Assembly (NCBI GenBank): GCA_965248055.1 | Contig: CBDFIJ010000004.1 | Location: 160,001-224,000, forward strand | DNA length: 64,000 bases | Source: Candidatus Multivoradales bacterium | Lineage (GTDB): Bacteria > Acidobacteriota > Thermoanaerobaculia > Multivoradales > JAHEKO01 | Direction: 5' to 3' | Shown here: positions 20,473 through 29,491 of the stretch, piece by piece | Layout: every line of letters starts with the position of its first letter | Numbering within the stretch: position 1 is the stretch's first letter | Program-made: the position numbers and the translations under genes | Notes under the pieces: model-generated | The model's database searches: none | Told to the model about the DNA's origin: nothing | Seen by the model: only the letters and a program-made list of their open reading frames with translations

Positions 20473-22671
20473 ATGTATCAGAAACAAGAAATTCAATTTG
20501 GGGAGTCTCCCCTTATTCTGGAAACCGGCAAGATTGCCAAGCAAGCCGATGGCGCGATCATCTCCCAATGGGGAGACACCATCGTGTTGACCACCGCCTG
20601 TCGCAAAGTTAGCGCCACGCCGCGCCCCTTTCTGCCCTTGACCGTGGACTACCGCGAAGCCAGTTATGCTGGCGGCAAGATCCCCGGTGGCTTCTTTAAG
20701 CGCGAGGGACGCCCAACAGAAAAAGAAATCATCACCTGCCGCATGACGGACCGGCCTCTGCGTCCGCTGTTTCCCAACGGCTACTTCGACGAAACCCAGA
20801 TCGTTTCCTTCGTCTTGTCGGCGGATGGCGAACACGATCCTGACACCATGGCGATCAACGGCGCCTCGGCGGCTCTCGCGGTTTCCAATATCCCGTTTTA
20901 CAACCCAATCGGAGCGATGCGGGTGGGTTTGGTTAACGATGAGTTGATCTTCAACCCAGTCAATAGTCAGCGCGACGTCTCCGATCTAGACCTAATCGTG
21001 GTCGGCACCGAAGACGCCATTGTCATGGTGGAAGCGGCAGCCAACCAGTTGCCCGAGAGTTTGATCTTGGACGCCATCTTTCAAGCCCATGAGCGGCTGC
21101 AAGATATCGTCCGTGCGCAACACGAAATGTATCGTGCGGGCGGATTCTCCAAACCGACCTGGAACGATCCACAAGCCAACCCAGAGCTACTGCAAAAAAT
21201 GCGTAGCGAACTTAAGCCCCAACTCGCGGACGCACTGCGGGTTCGTGGCAAGGGCAATCAAGGCGCTGCAGTCAAAGCCATCGTCCCCGGCTATTTGAAT
21301 CAACTGACCGGCGGTGACGAGGACCGCAAACGCGAAGCCGAAGGCTTGGTCTACGAGATCGAGAACGAGATCTTGCGCGAAGAGGTTCTAGGCCAAGGAG
21401 TTCGCCTCGATGGCCGCGCAACCGATGAAGTGCGAGACATCAGCATTGAGGTTGGACTGCTACCCCGCGCCCATGGTTCATCACTGTTTACTCGTGGCGA
21501 AACCCAAGCTCTGGTGACCTCGACGCTCGGCACCCGCCGCGACGCGCAAATCGTCGAAGAGTATGAGGGTGAGAGCGTGCAGAAATTCCTGCTCCACTAC
21601 AACTTTCCTCCATTCTCGGTCGGTGAGGTTCGTTTCCTACGCGGCCCAGGTCGACGGGAGATCGGACACGGGGTTTTGGCTCGCCGTTCTCTGTTGCCGG
21701 TACTTCCGCACGAGGACGACTTCGCCTACACCGTGCGCGTCGTGTCCGACATCATGGAGTCCAACGGCTCTTCGTCGATGGCCACCGTCTGCGGTGCCTC
21801 TTTGGCTCTGTTTGACGCTGGAATTCCGATGCTGGCTCCGGTCGCCGGTGTCGCCATGGGGCTGATCAAAGACGGCGATAAGTTTGCCGTTCTCACCGAC
21901 ATCGCCGGTCAAGAGGACCACCACGGAGACATGGACTTCAAGGTCGCCGGAACCCGAGACGGAATTACCGCTCTACAGATGGATATCAAGATCACCGGCA
22001 TCAGCAAGGAAATCCTTGACACCGCGTTGACCCAGGCCAAAGCCGGCCGACTGCACATTCTCGACAAGATGCACGACGTGCTCGCAGAGCCACGCACCGA
22101 CATCGCCGAGCACGCGCCGCGTATTTACACCATGATGATATCCAAGGACAAAATCCGCGACGTCATCGGCCCGGGCGGCAAGACCATTCGCTCGATCACT
22201 GCAGAGACCGGTGCCCAAATCGAAATTGAAGACGACGGCAAGGTCACCATTGCCGCTCCTGACGAACTCTCTTACAGCAGGGCTCAGTCGATCATCGAGT
22301 CTCTCACCGAGGTTCCCGAGGTCGGCAAGGTCTACACCGGGCAGGTCAAGCGGGTCGAAGCCTATGGTGCCTTCGTTGGCATCATCCCAGGCACCGACGG
22401 TCTGCTGCACATTAGCGAGATCGACCACGGGCACGTCAAAGAGGTCTCCGACGTTCTCAAAGAAGGCGACGAGATCGAAGTCAAGGTCATCCAGGTCGAC
22501 GAGAACAACCGCATTCGCTTGTCGCGCAAGGCGCTTCTTCCCCGTCCGGAAGGGATGGAAGACGATCGCAGTGGCGGTGACAGAGACCGCGGCGGTGACC
22601 GGGGTGGTCGTGGAGGCGACGACCGAGGTGGTCGCGGTGGTTACCGCGGAGGCCGAGGAGACCGCAACTAG
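20473..22671 (+). CDS. pnp: polyribonucleotide nucleotidyltransferase
   Basis: KIPGGFFKREGRP, FTRGETQ, RREIGHG, SNGSSSMA, GDMDFKVAG, KH and S1 domains, RGG tail. Confidence 0.98.
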   Translation: MYQKQEIQFGESPLILETGKIAKQADGAIISQWGDTIVLTTACRKVSATPRPFLPLTVDYREASYAGGKIPGGFFKREGRPTEKEIITCRMTDRPLRPLFPNGYFDETQIVSFVLSADGEHDPDTMAINGASAALAVSNIPFYNPIGAMRVGLVNDELIFNPVNSQRDVSDLDLIVVGTEDAIVMVEAAANQLPESLILDAIFQAHERLQDIVRAQHEMYRAGGFSKPTWNDPQANPELLQKMRSELKPQLADALRVRGKGNQGAAVKAIVPGYLNQLTGGDEDRKREAEGLVYEIENEILREEVLGQGVRLDGRATDEVRDISIEVGLLPRAHGSSLFTRGETQALVTSTLGTRRDAQIVEEYEGESVQKFLLHYNFPPFSVGEVRFLRGPGRREIGHGVLARRSLLPVLPHEDDFAYTVRVVSDIMESNGSSSMATVCGASLALFDAGIPMLAPVAGVAMGLIKDGDKFAVLTDIAGQEDHHGDMDFKVAGTRDGITALQMDIKITGISKEILDTALTQAKAGRLHILDKMHDVLAEPRTDIAEHAPRIYTMMISKDKIRDVIGPGGKTIRSITAETGAQIEIEDDGKVTIAAPDELSYSRAQSIIESLTEVPEVGKVYTGQVKRVEAYGAFVGIIPGTDGLLHISEIDHGHVKEVSDVLKEGDEIEVKVIQVDENNRIRLSRKALLPRPEGMEDDRSGGDRDRGGDRGGRGGDDRGGRGGYRGGRGDRN

Positions 22672-23433
22672 GTGGCGGTCAAGCGCTCAACCCTACTCAA
22701 CTACCTCGATCAACGACTGTACGCCGTTGGCTGGCCGGACTACGGCCCCAACGGACTGCAAGTCGAGGGAGCAGACATCGTCGAGCGCATCGCTCTCGGT
22801 GTTTCAGCTTGTCGTGACCTGTTCAGCCAAGCCACTGCGTGGCAAGCGCAAGCGGTCTTAGTGCATCACGGAATCTTTTGGGACGCTGTTCCCCCGGTGC
22901 TCACCGGGGTGCAGCACGGTAGGGTCAAGCAACTCTTGGACGCCGACCTCAACCTGATTGCCTATCACCTGCCGCTCGACGCCCATCCAGAGATCGGCAA
23001 CAACGCAGTCGCCGCGCAACGCTTTGGCTTGGTCGATATCGAGCCCTTCGGCGAGCACAACGGACGCGCCATTGGCTTTTACGGACGGTTCCCTGAACCG
23101 GTCACGCCCCAAGCCTTGGCCGATCTGTGTGCCACGGCATTCGACCAAGATCCCCTGGCCTTTCTAGACGGTCCGGACTCGGTGCAAACCTTGGGGATCG
23201 TCTCTGGAGCAGCCCAGGACGACTTTCATCAGGCCATCGCTCAGGGGCTCGACGCCTTCATCACCGGCGAGGTCTCAGAATGGGTGATGAACTGGGCCAA
23301 GGAGTCCCAGACCCACTACTTGGCCGCCGGACACTACGCAACCGAGCGCTTGGGAATTCATGCGTTGGGTGAGGAGCTGGAGCGGGAATTCGATCTGGAA
23401 GTCCGATTCTTCGACGTCCCGAATCCGGTGTAG
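22672..23433 (+). CDS. Nif3-like dinuclear metal centre protein (YbgI family)
   Basis: DYGPNGLQVEG, VHHG, YHLPLDAHPEIGNN, ITGE, AGHYATE. Confidence 0.93.
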   Translation: MAVKRSTLLNYLDQRLYAVGWPDYGPNGLQVEGADIVERIALGVSACRDLFSQATAWQAQAVLVHHGIFWDAVPPVLTGVQHGRVKQLLDADLNLIAYHLPLDAHPEIGNNAVAAQRFGLVDIEPFGEHNGRAIGFYGRFPEPVTPQALADLCATAFDQDPLAFLDGPDSVQTLGIVSGAAQDDFHQAIAQGLDAFITGEVSEWVMNWAKESQTHYLAAGHYATERLGIHALGEELEREFDLEVRFFDVPNPV

Positions 23434-23460
23434 GGGACACAAACAAAGTATTGTGTCCCC
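23433..23460. terminator. 10-bp inverted repeat between convergent genes (probable terminator)
   Basis: GGGGACACAA-acaaagta-TTGTGTCCCC. Confidence 0.6.
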
Positions 23461-23490
23461 ATCTTATTGTCTGACGGGCTGGCGGAGCGG

Positions 23491-23883
23491 TTAGGAGGTC
23501 GAACCGGAAGCTGTGCGCGCCATTCTTCCTAATGCGATCGTCCACAGCAACGCCATCGCGCCGGGCACAATCATCACAATAATACTGTGGTCCCCGTCGA
23601 GAAATTGCACCACACCACTAATCGCCCCAAGCCACAACATCGCTATCGCGCCCCGAAGAAACCGTGGATTTAGATCACGGACGTACATCCAAATCATGAC
23701 AGGTGTGAAAAAGTGTACCGCTGCGGGGGAAGAGAAGGGCTGAAGAAACCTACCCAGCACGCGGTCGCCTGGTAACTGAAAGGTAGGCCACGCTAACCAG
23801 CCAAGAAGAATAACAACCACTATCACGAATTCGTGAAGAACAAACAGCCAAAACAGGAGGGGTATTTGACGAAATCTACCCAT
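23491..23883 (-). CDS. hypothetical membrane protein (~4 TM)
   Basis: 130 aa with four hydrophobic stretches; no recognisable motif. Confidence 0.55.
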   Translation of the reverse strand: MGRFRQIPLLFWLFVLHEFVIVVVILLGWLAWPTFQLPGDRVLGRFLQPFSSPAAVHFFTPVMIWMYVRDLNPRFLRGAIAMLWLGAISGVVQFLDGDHSIIVMIVPGAMALLWTIALGRMARTASGSTS

Positions 23884-24198
23884 ACTTTGTCATCATTCGA
23901 CGCTTCGACAAAACCACTGCCTAAATAGAAGTAGCTTCAAAGCCAACAAGAAAGGGCTGCTCTTTGGACGACTGCTCATACTGAACCTCCTAGAGTTCGG
24001 TTAAGGAGCAACTTCAAGGCGCTTTCCTACTCTACAGGTATTTCCGAGTCATTGGCTAAAGTCGCGTATTGGGGCCTCAGGCGGCGATCCAGTTTAGTTT
24101 TCCCCCGTCGACAACAGGATTGTTGAGATGCTCCTTGGAGCTCTTGCGCAGTCAGCGAGTGACCAAGCCGCTTAGGTGCGTTCTCTTCCTCGTAGTCG

Positions 24199-24939
24199 TC
24201 AGAACTGGTAGTACATCCCAGCGGCGACCGTTACCGGATCAATCGAAATATCGTACCGTTCTGATTCGACAGTAACCGACAGCCATTTCACCCCGAAATG
24301 TAATCCCCACCTAGACTCTTCATCCAGTCGGATATCTACGCCAGACATGACCCCGATGCCAACATCTTTGCCAGCCTCAATCTTTCCTATGAATGCCATA
24401 TCTACAAATTCGTTCTCGTCGACGCTTGCCCAGCCGATGTAGGGTTGGGCGATCCAGTCGATCCGATCGTTTCTGGTGAGATGAAACACTGGACCGAAGT
24501 TGAAGATCCTGAAGTCCAAACTATCGACAACCATTCCTGAGTTGGTGGTCAATTCACGACCGTTTGAATAGGTGATCAGGTACTCGTACCCTGCGTCTAG
24601 CGTCCCGTACGCCACGCCGAAGCCCAAACCAAACCGCTCACTGTGAGAGAACTCAACGTCAACCCCCCATCCAGACCCGCTAGCTAGGTCCAGTTCTTCT
24701 TGATAGCGGGTGTAGCCGATAAAGTGATCAACGGTGATTTTGCTCTCCACTCGATCCACCGTTGATGTAGTAAACACGATCTGAGGACGAATCTTCCAAC
24801 GCTCGCTACCGTCGTCTTGGCGACGATTGTCGTCTCCTGCCGTGGCCGGACCGGCGTCGAAAGCCATTACTAGCAAAGCCGTCACCCAAAATGCCTTGAA
24901 TTTAACCTTGGACACGCTCAGTCTCCTCCCATTCGACAC
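24199..24939 (-). CDS. outer-membrane beta-barrel protein (OmpW/OmpA-barrel-like)
   Basis: Signal peptide, amphipathic beta strands, C-terminal IDPVTVAAGMYYQF (terminal Phe). Confidence 0.75.
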   Translation of the reverse strand: MSNGRRLSVSKVKFKAFWVTALLVMAFDAGPATAGDDNRRQDDGSERWKIRPQIVFTTSTVDRVESKITVDHFIGYTRYQEELDLASGSGWGVDVEFSHSERFGLGFGVAYGTLDAGYEYLITYSNGRELTTNSGMVVDSLDFRIFNFGPVFHLTRNDRIDWIAQPYIGWASVDENEFVDMAFIGKIEAGKDVGIGVMSGVDIRLDEESRWGLHFGVKWLSVTVESERYDISIDPVTVAAGMYYQF

Positions 24940-25001
24940 GGTCGATCTGCAACGTACCAGCTATTGTAGTTGGTTTGAATCTTGGAGACGAATGAAGTTG
25001 T

Positions 25002-26927
25002 CTAGCGCACCACCGAGCCGTTGGGCACGCCCTCTTCCACCCGCAGGACTCTGGGCGAGCCGTCAGCGTCGACAGCCGCCAAGACCATGCCCTGGGACTC
25101 GACCCCCATCAGTTTGGCGGGTTTGAGGTTGGCGACCACGGTAATTTTCCAACCGAGCAGTTCTTCAGGTTGATAGACCTTGGCAACGCCAGCGACCACG
25201 GTCCGGGGGTGGTCTTCACCCAAATCAACGGTGAGTTTCAGTAGTTTGTTCGCTTTGGGGATCGCTTCAGCTGCGGTCACCGTGCCGACCCGAAGTTGTA
25301 CTTTGCCGAAGTCTTCAATGCTGATCATGCCATCATCTCCATCGTCCCGAGCTATTTCACTCTCGAGGTTGTCAGCAGCCAAATATTGTTCTTTGTCGAT
25401 GCGCGGAAAGAGCCCATCGACCTTGACGATTTCTCGTCCGGTGGGCAGTCCACCCCACGACAGGGCATCGAAACCGGTCACCGGTTCCGTGATCCCCAAC
25501 GAAGTAAGAATCTGCGGCGCAGTCTCAGGCAGGATCGGTACCAGAGCACTGGCAACAATGCGCAGCGACTCCATCGCGTTCCACACCACCCTGGAGACTC
25601 TTTCGCTGGCACCCTCTTCTTTGATCAGTTTCCACGGCTCACGCTCCACCAGATACTGATTGGCCGCCGAAAGCAGCTTCCACAACTCGCGCAGTGCGGT
25701 CTGAAAAGCGAATTCATCCATTGCCGCGCGGTACCCAGCCACCGACTCCGCAGCGATCGCCATCAACGGATTGTTGTCGCAGGAATGAGGTGGCGTCTTG
25801 CCGTCGAATAGCTTGCGACTCAAGGTCACCAAACGACTCAAGGTATTGCCTAGATCGTTGGCCAAGTCACTGTTGAAGCGATCTACAAAAGCCTCGTCAG
25901 AAAAATTGGCGTCCTGCCCGAAGACCATTTCGCGCAACAAGAAATAGCGTAGAGCGTCGCTGCCGAATGTTTTCACCAGCGGCGCGGGGCGAGCGATGTT
26001 GCCGATAGATTTGGACATTTTGCGGGTGTCGCGCAGCCACCAACCGTGCGCCCACACCGTGGTGGGCAACGGTAATCCCGCCGACAGTAATAATGCCGGC
26101 CAGTAGACCGCGTGGAAACGAAGAATGTCCTTGCCCACCAACTGCACCTGTTGGGCCCCCTCCGCCTGCCAGAACTCTTGATAGAGATCGTCACCCTCGG
26201 TGCCCATTCCCAGTGCAGTAATGTAGTTGGACAGCGCGTCCAACCAGACATAGACCGTGTGCCCAGGATAGCCGGGAAATGGAATCCCCCAGTCGACACT
26301 GGTGCGTGACACGGAGAGATCGCGCAGCCCGGACTCAATAAAACTACGTACCTCGTTGCGCCGCGTCGCAGGCTGTACTGCCTCAGGATTGTTGTCCAAC
26401 CAGTCCAACAAGGGTTTCTGATACTTGGACAGCCGAAAGAAAACGTTCTCTTCTGATTTCCACTCGGCTTCGGTGTCATGAACCGGACAGCGATTGTCGG
26501 GCTGGGATAGTTCCTTGTCGGTGTAGAAGGTCTCGCAGCCGGTGCAATACCAACCCTCGTGCCGATCCAAATAAAGATCCCCGGCCTGTTCGATTCGACC
26601 GATCAGCGCTTCGACTCCAGAGCGATGGCGTGTTTCGGAAGTGCGAATAAAGTCGTCGTGGGAGATACCCAACTGCTCCCAGGTACGGAGATAGACATCG
26701 ACCACCCGGTCGGCGAGCTGCAACGGGGTCACCCCTTGCTCTTCTGCAGCGCGCTCGATCTTCTGCCCGTGCTCGTCGGTGCCGGTCAGGAAATAGACGC
26801 TCTCCCCCACCAGCCTGCGGTATCGAGCCACAGTATCCGCCACCAAGGTGGTGTAGTAGTGGCCCACATGAGGCACGTCATTGACGTAATAGATCGGTGT
26901 GGTGATGTAGAAACGCTGGGCTGGCAT
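25002..26927 (-). CDS. metG: methionine--tRNA ligase with C-terminal tRNA-binding domain
   Basis: FYITTPIYYVN..HVGH, TGTDEHGQK, YVWLDAL, GKDILRFH, KMSKS, ESQGM. Confidence 0.98.
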   Translation of the reverse strand: MPAQRFYITTPIYYVNDVPHVGHYYTTLVADTVARYRRLVGESVYFLTGTDEHGQKIERAAEEQGVTPLQLADRVVDVYLRTWEQLGISHDDFIRTSETRHRSGVEALIGRIEQAGDLYLDRHEGWYCTGCETFYTDKELSQPDNRCPVHDTEAEWKSEENVFFRLSKYQKPLLDWLDNNPEAVQPATRRNEVRSFIESGLRDLSVSRTSVDWGIPFPGYPGHTVYVWLDALSNYITALGMGTEGDDLYQEFWQAEGAQQVQLVGKDILRFHAVYWPALLLSAGLPLPTTVWAHGWWLRDTRKMSKSIGNIARPAPLVKTFGSDALRYFLLREMVFGQDANFSDEAFVDRFNSDLANDLGNTLSRLVTLSRKLFDGKTPPHSCDNNPLMAIAAESVAGYRAAMDEFAFQTALRELWKLLSAANQYLVEREPWKLIKEEGASERVSRVVWNAMESLRIVASALVPILPETAPQILTSLGITEPVTGFDALSWGGLPTGREIVKVDGLFPRIDKEQYLAADNLESEIARDDGDDGMISIEDFGKVQLRVGTVTAAEAIPKANKLLKLTVDLGEDHPRTVVAGVAKVYQPEELLGWKITVVANLKPAKLMGVESQGMVLAAVDADGSPRVLRVEEGVPNGSVVR

Positions 26928-27040
26928 GGTTGAGTTGTGAGAGGTCGGTAGTGCGCCGTTTCGGTGCCGCAACTCCGTTTTTCAGCGTAAGTTTACCAGT
27001 TCAACTACAGTGCAAGTGATGCTCAAAATCCTAGATAGCT

Positions 27041-27949
27041 CTATTGCAGTTCCTGATCCTCACCGTGGTGCCGCAATCGATTCAAAGCCAAGATCTCAGT
27101 GGTCTGGAAACGAGAGCTGGTACCGCAGTATTCGCACTGGGCGGTGACCTCGTCGGTCTGAGCCAGGTGACGCAAATCTTCCTTGGGCAGGCTTTGCAGT
27201 CGTTGCAGCAAGCTGATGCGCTTGCATCCACAGCGGTATTCCAAGACATCTTGCTCGCGCGTCGAACTGCCTAACCCAGCCAGGACTCGTTGCAACGCCC
27301 CTTCGAGCCCATACTCCTGGAGATCTACGCTCCAAGAACCCGCCCTTTCCAAATTGCGCTCCAAAGTTCGCACTACAGAATCCGGGGTACCCGGGAGTGC
27401 TTCTACCAAGTAGCCTCCCGCCGAGCCAATCCCATCGCGGGTTAAGAACTCGCCAACCGCCAGCACCGAGCGGGTCTGTTCGCTTTGCAGAAGGTAGTGA
27501 GCGATGTCCGAACCGATTTCCCCGGTGACCAGTTCTGAATGACTGTTGAAGGTTCCCCTCTTTCCCTCGCGAGTCACTTCCAAGACGCCGGAGCCCACCG
27601 CCTCCTGTAGCCGCTGCCCCTGCTCTCCAAAATGGGCATTGGGGACTCCAGGGTTCCCCACCCGGCCGCGAAATCGTTGTTGGGAAATCTCTGCGCTCAC
27701 CCCGCCCAACGGACCATCGCCGCGCACTCGTAGTTCCAGTCGCTCTGGGGCTCGCAGTGCATGCCGATAGAGCAAAGCGACCCCGCCCAGGGCTCTACCG
27801 AGCGCAGTGGTCGCCACCGGCCCTAGGTCTCGGAGAGATCGCGCAGTTTCCAAAGGGCCGCTGACATCAACCGCCACCCATCTGAGCCACTCCTCACCGG
27901 CCATCCCGGCGAGCAGAGTCCCTTGTTCTGTTGTCTCGTCCATCACCAT
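27041..27949 (-). CDS. hslO: Hsp33 redox-regulated chaperone
   Basis: ALGR, GDGPLG, GEIGSDIAHYLLQSEQ, AGG.LVEALPG, Zn motif CGC...CEYC. Confidence 0.92.
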   Translation of the reverse strand: MVMDETTEQGTLLAGMAGEEWLRWVAVDVSGPLETARSLRDLGPVATTALGRALGGVALLYRHALRAPERLELRVRGDGPLGGVSAEISQQRFRGRVGNPGVPNAHFGEQGQRLQEAVGSGVLEVTREGKRGTFNSHSELVTGEIGSDIAHYLLQSEQTRSVLAVGEFLTRDGIGSAGGYLVEALPGTPDSVVRTLERNLERAGSWSVDLQEYGLEGALQRVLAGLGSSTREQDVLEYRCGCKRISLLQRLQSLPKEDLRHLAQTDEVTAQCEYCGTSSRFQTTEILALNRLRHHGEDQELQ

Positions 27950-28054
27950 CCCTCTTATGGATCCTGCCTAAGAGCCATGCTTATGAAACCCTGCCCCGCT
28001 TACAAGAACTCCATCCACCGAATTGGCAACCCCATCTTAGGCGGACCCAACAAG

Positions 28055-29080
28055 CTACAGTTGACCCAACAGCAACCCCAGTTCCGCCATGCGATGGGCA
28101 TACCCCAGTTCGTTGTCGTAGAACGCCGACAGCTTCACCAAGGTGTTGCCGTCGGTAGGTACTGCCAACACCTGATCCGAGATCATCGCTGAGTAGGACT
28201 CACCGACGCAGTCTCTGGAACATTGGTACTCGGAACCAAAGGTAGCGATGGTGCCCATTTCGGTGGAAGCGTTGATCTGGGCAACGTTGTCGTGTACCGC
28301 TTCGACCAATTCCTGCTGGCTGTGTTCGCCAGCTAAGAGAAACACGGCTTCGACCACGCTGCCAGTGTCGGTGGGAACTCTCAACGCGGTGCCATTCAAC
28401 TTGCCAGCTAGGTGTGGCAACACCTTGCCCACCGCCTTGGCTGCTCCGGTGGTGGTTGGAATGATGTTGTTCAATGCACCTCGTCGCTTGGCGCCACCAA
28501 AGGAGTCGACCACGCTCTGACTGGCGGTCACCGCGTGGGTGGTGGTCATCAGCCCGGCCACAACTTCAAACGAAAGGTCTAATGCTTTGGCCATCGGAGC
28601 CAGGCAGTTGGTGGTTCAACTGGCGTTTGACACCAACCGATCTTCGGCGCTGAGAATCTGATGATTGACTCCCAGCACTACCGTTTTGGTGTCGTCCTTG
28701 GTCGGCGCCGAGATCGCCACTTTGCCAGCGCCCGCCTCAAGATGCGCCGTTGCCTTTTCCGAGCTCAAGTAGTGCCCGGTGCACTCCAGCACCAGGTCGA
28801 CACCTTGATCGCCCCAGGGAATCTGGCTGGCGTCGCGGCAGCCATGAATGTGGACCTCTTGATCGCCGAGACGCAGTAGATCTGGACGGATGATCTCGAC
28901 CGCCACCGGAAACCGTCCGTAGACCGAATCTCGATGCAGCGCTGCCGCCAGATCCTCGACCGGAACGATGTCATTGGCCGCGACAAATTCGATCCGATCA
29001 GCGAAATCGCTGACCATCACCCGCGCGATTCCCTGGCCCATCCGTCCCAATCCGTTCAATCCAATTCTTAACCGTGCCAT
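28055..29080 (-). CDS. gap: type I glyceraldehyde-3-phosphate dehydrogenase family protein, 341 aa, with in-frame TGA at the catalytic Cys (candidate selenoprotein)
   Basis: ORFs 28616-29080 and 28055-28594 share one frame: TCA AAC GCC AGT TGA ACC ACC AAC TGC CTG GCT CCG = SNAS*TTNCLAP. Other motifs intact (GLNGLGRMG, ECTG, ISAP, TTTHA, NIIPTTTGAAKAV, RVPT, YDNE). Confidence 0.9.
28583..28606 (-). promoter_or_regulatory. putative bacterial SECIS hairpin
   Basis: +10 to +33 after the TGA: UGC-C-UGGC-U-C-CGAU-G-GCCA-AA-GCA, loop G at +21. Folded by eye only. Confidence 0.5.
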
Positions 29081-29130
29081 CGTCGCCCCTTTATTTGCAC
29101 CGGATTCAAAACAGATCTTGGAGCCGCGAT

Positions 29131-29283
29131 AAAGCTAACCCGTTTTAGTGGACACATAGTTTAGCCCTCATTGAGCGAGAGCAGTTTGGTTAGCGACCGT
29201 TGCCGAGGTAGAAAATCGAGTTTCGTAGGCGACAGGACTCAAGCCTCCGAGGCTTGAGTGTGAAGCTGCCCCGTTTTGGTGAA
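29131..29283 (-). mobile_element. IS3-family remnant (transposase C-terminus plus terminal IR), adjoined by a second IR-like copy
   Basis: Minus strand 29260-29168 encodes HSSLGGLSPVAYETRF...* (IS3 OrfB tail, HSSLGYxSP type). IR AAGCTAACCCGTTTTAGTGGACAC at 29132; similar GAAGCTGCCCCGTTTTGGTGA at 29262. Confidence 0.75.
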
Positions 29284-29373
29284 TTTCTTATCCCTGCGAT
29301 GATGAAGATCGAGGACGGCGTCTCTGATCCATAAGACCCTTTTTGTTGTACCCTACTCTTGGACTAAACAAAA

Positions 29374-29405
29374 TCGTGCAGTAGGAACCTACACCTACTG
29401 CACGA
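29374..29405. repeat. 12-bp perfect inverted repeat upstream of the S8 protease
   Basis: TCGTGCAGTAGG-aacctaca-CCTACTGCACGA. Confidence 0.75.
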
Positions 29406-29491
29406 CAACAATGCCGCCACTGGTGTTGGAGGCGCAAGTTGGCGGACATAACATCGAAGGCGTTGACCTAGGACGCCCAAAGGAGTTCAGA

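Noticed and set aside
28055-29080. GAPDH as two genes or as a frameshifted pseudogene
   Set aside because: Both halves are in the same frame and separated by a single TGA; there is no indel.
29237-29259. 11-bp-arm palindrome ACTCAAGCCTC-C-GAGGCTTGAGT
   Set aside because: It lies within the transposase remnant coding sequence (HSSLGGLS) and has a 1-nt loop; no independent function is supported.
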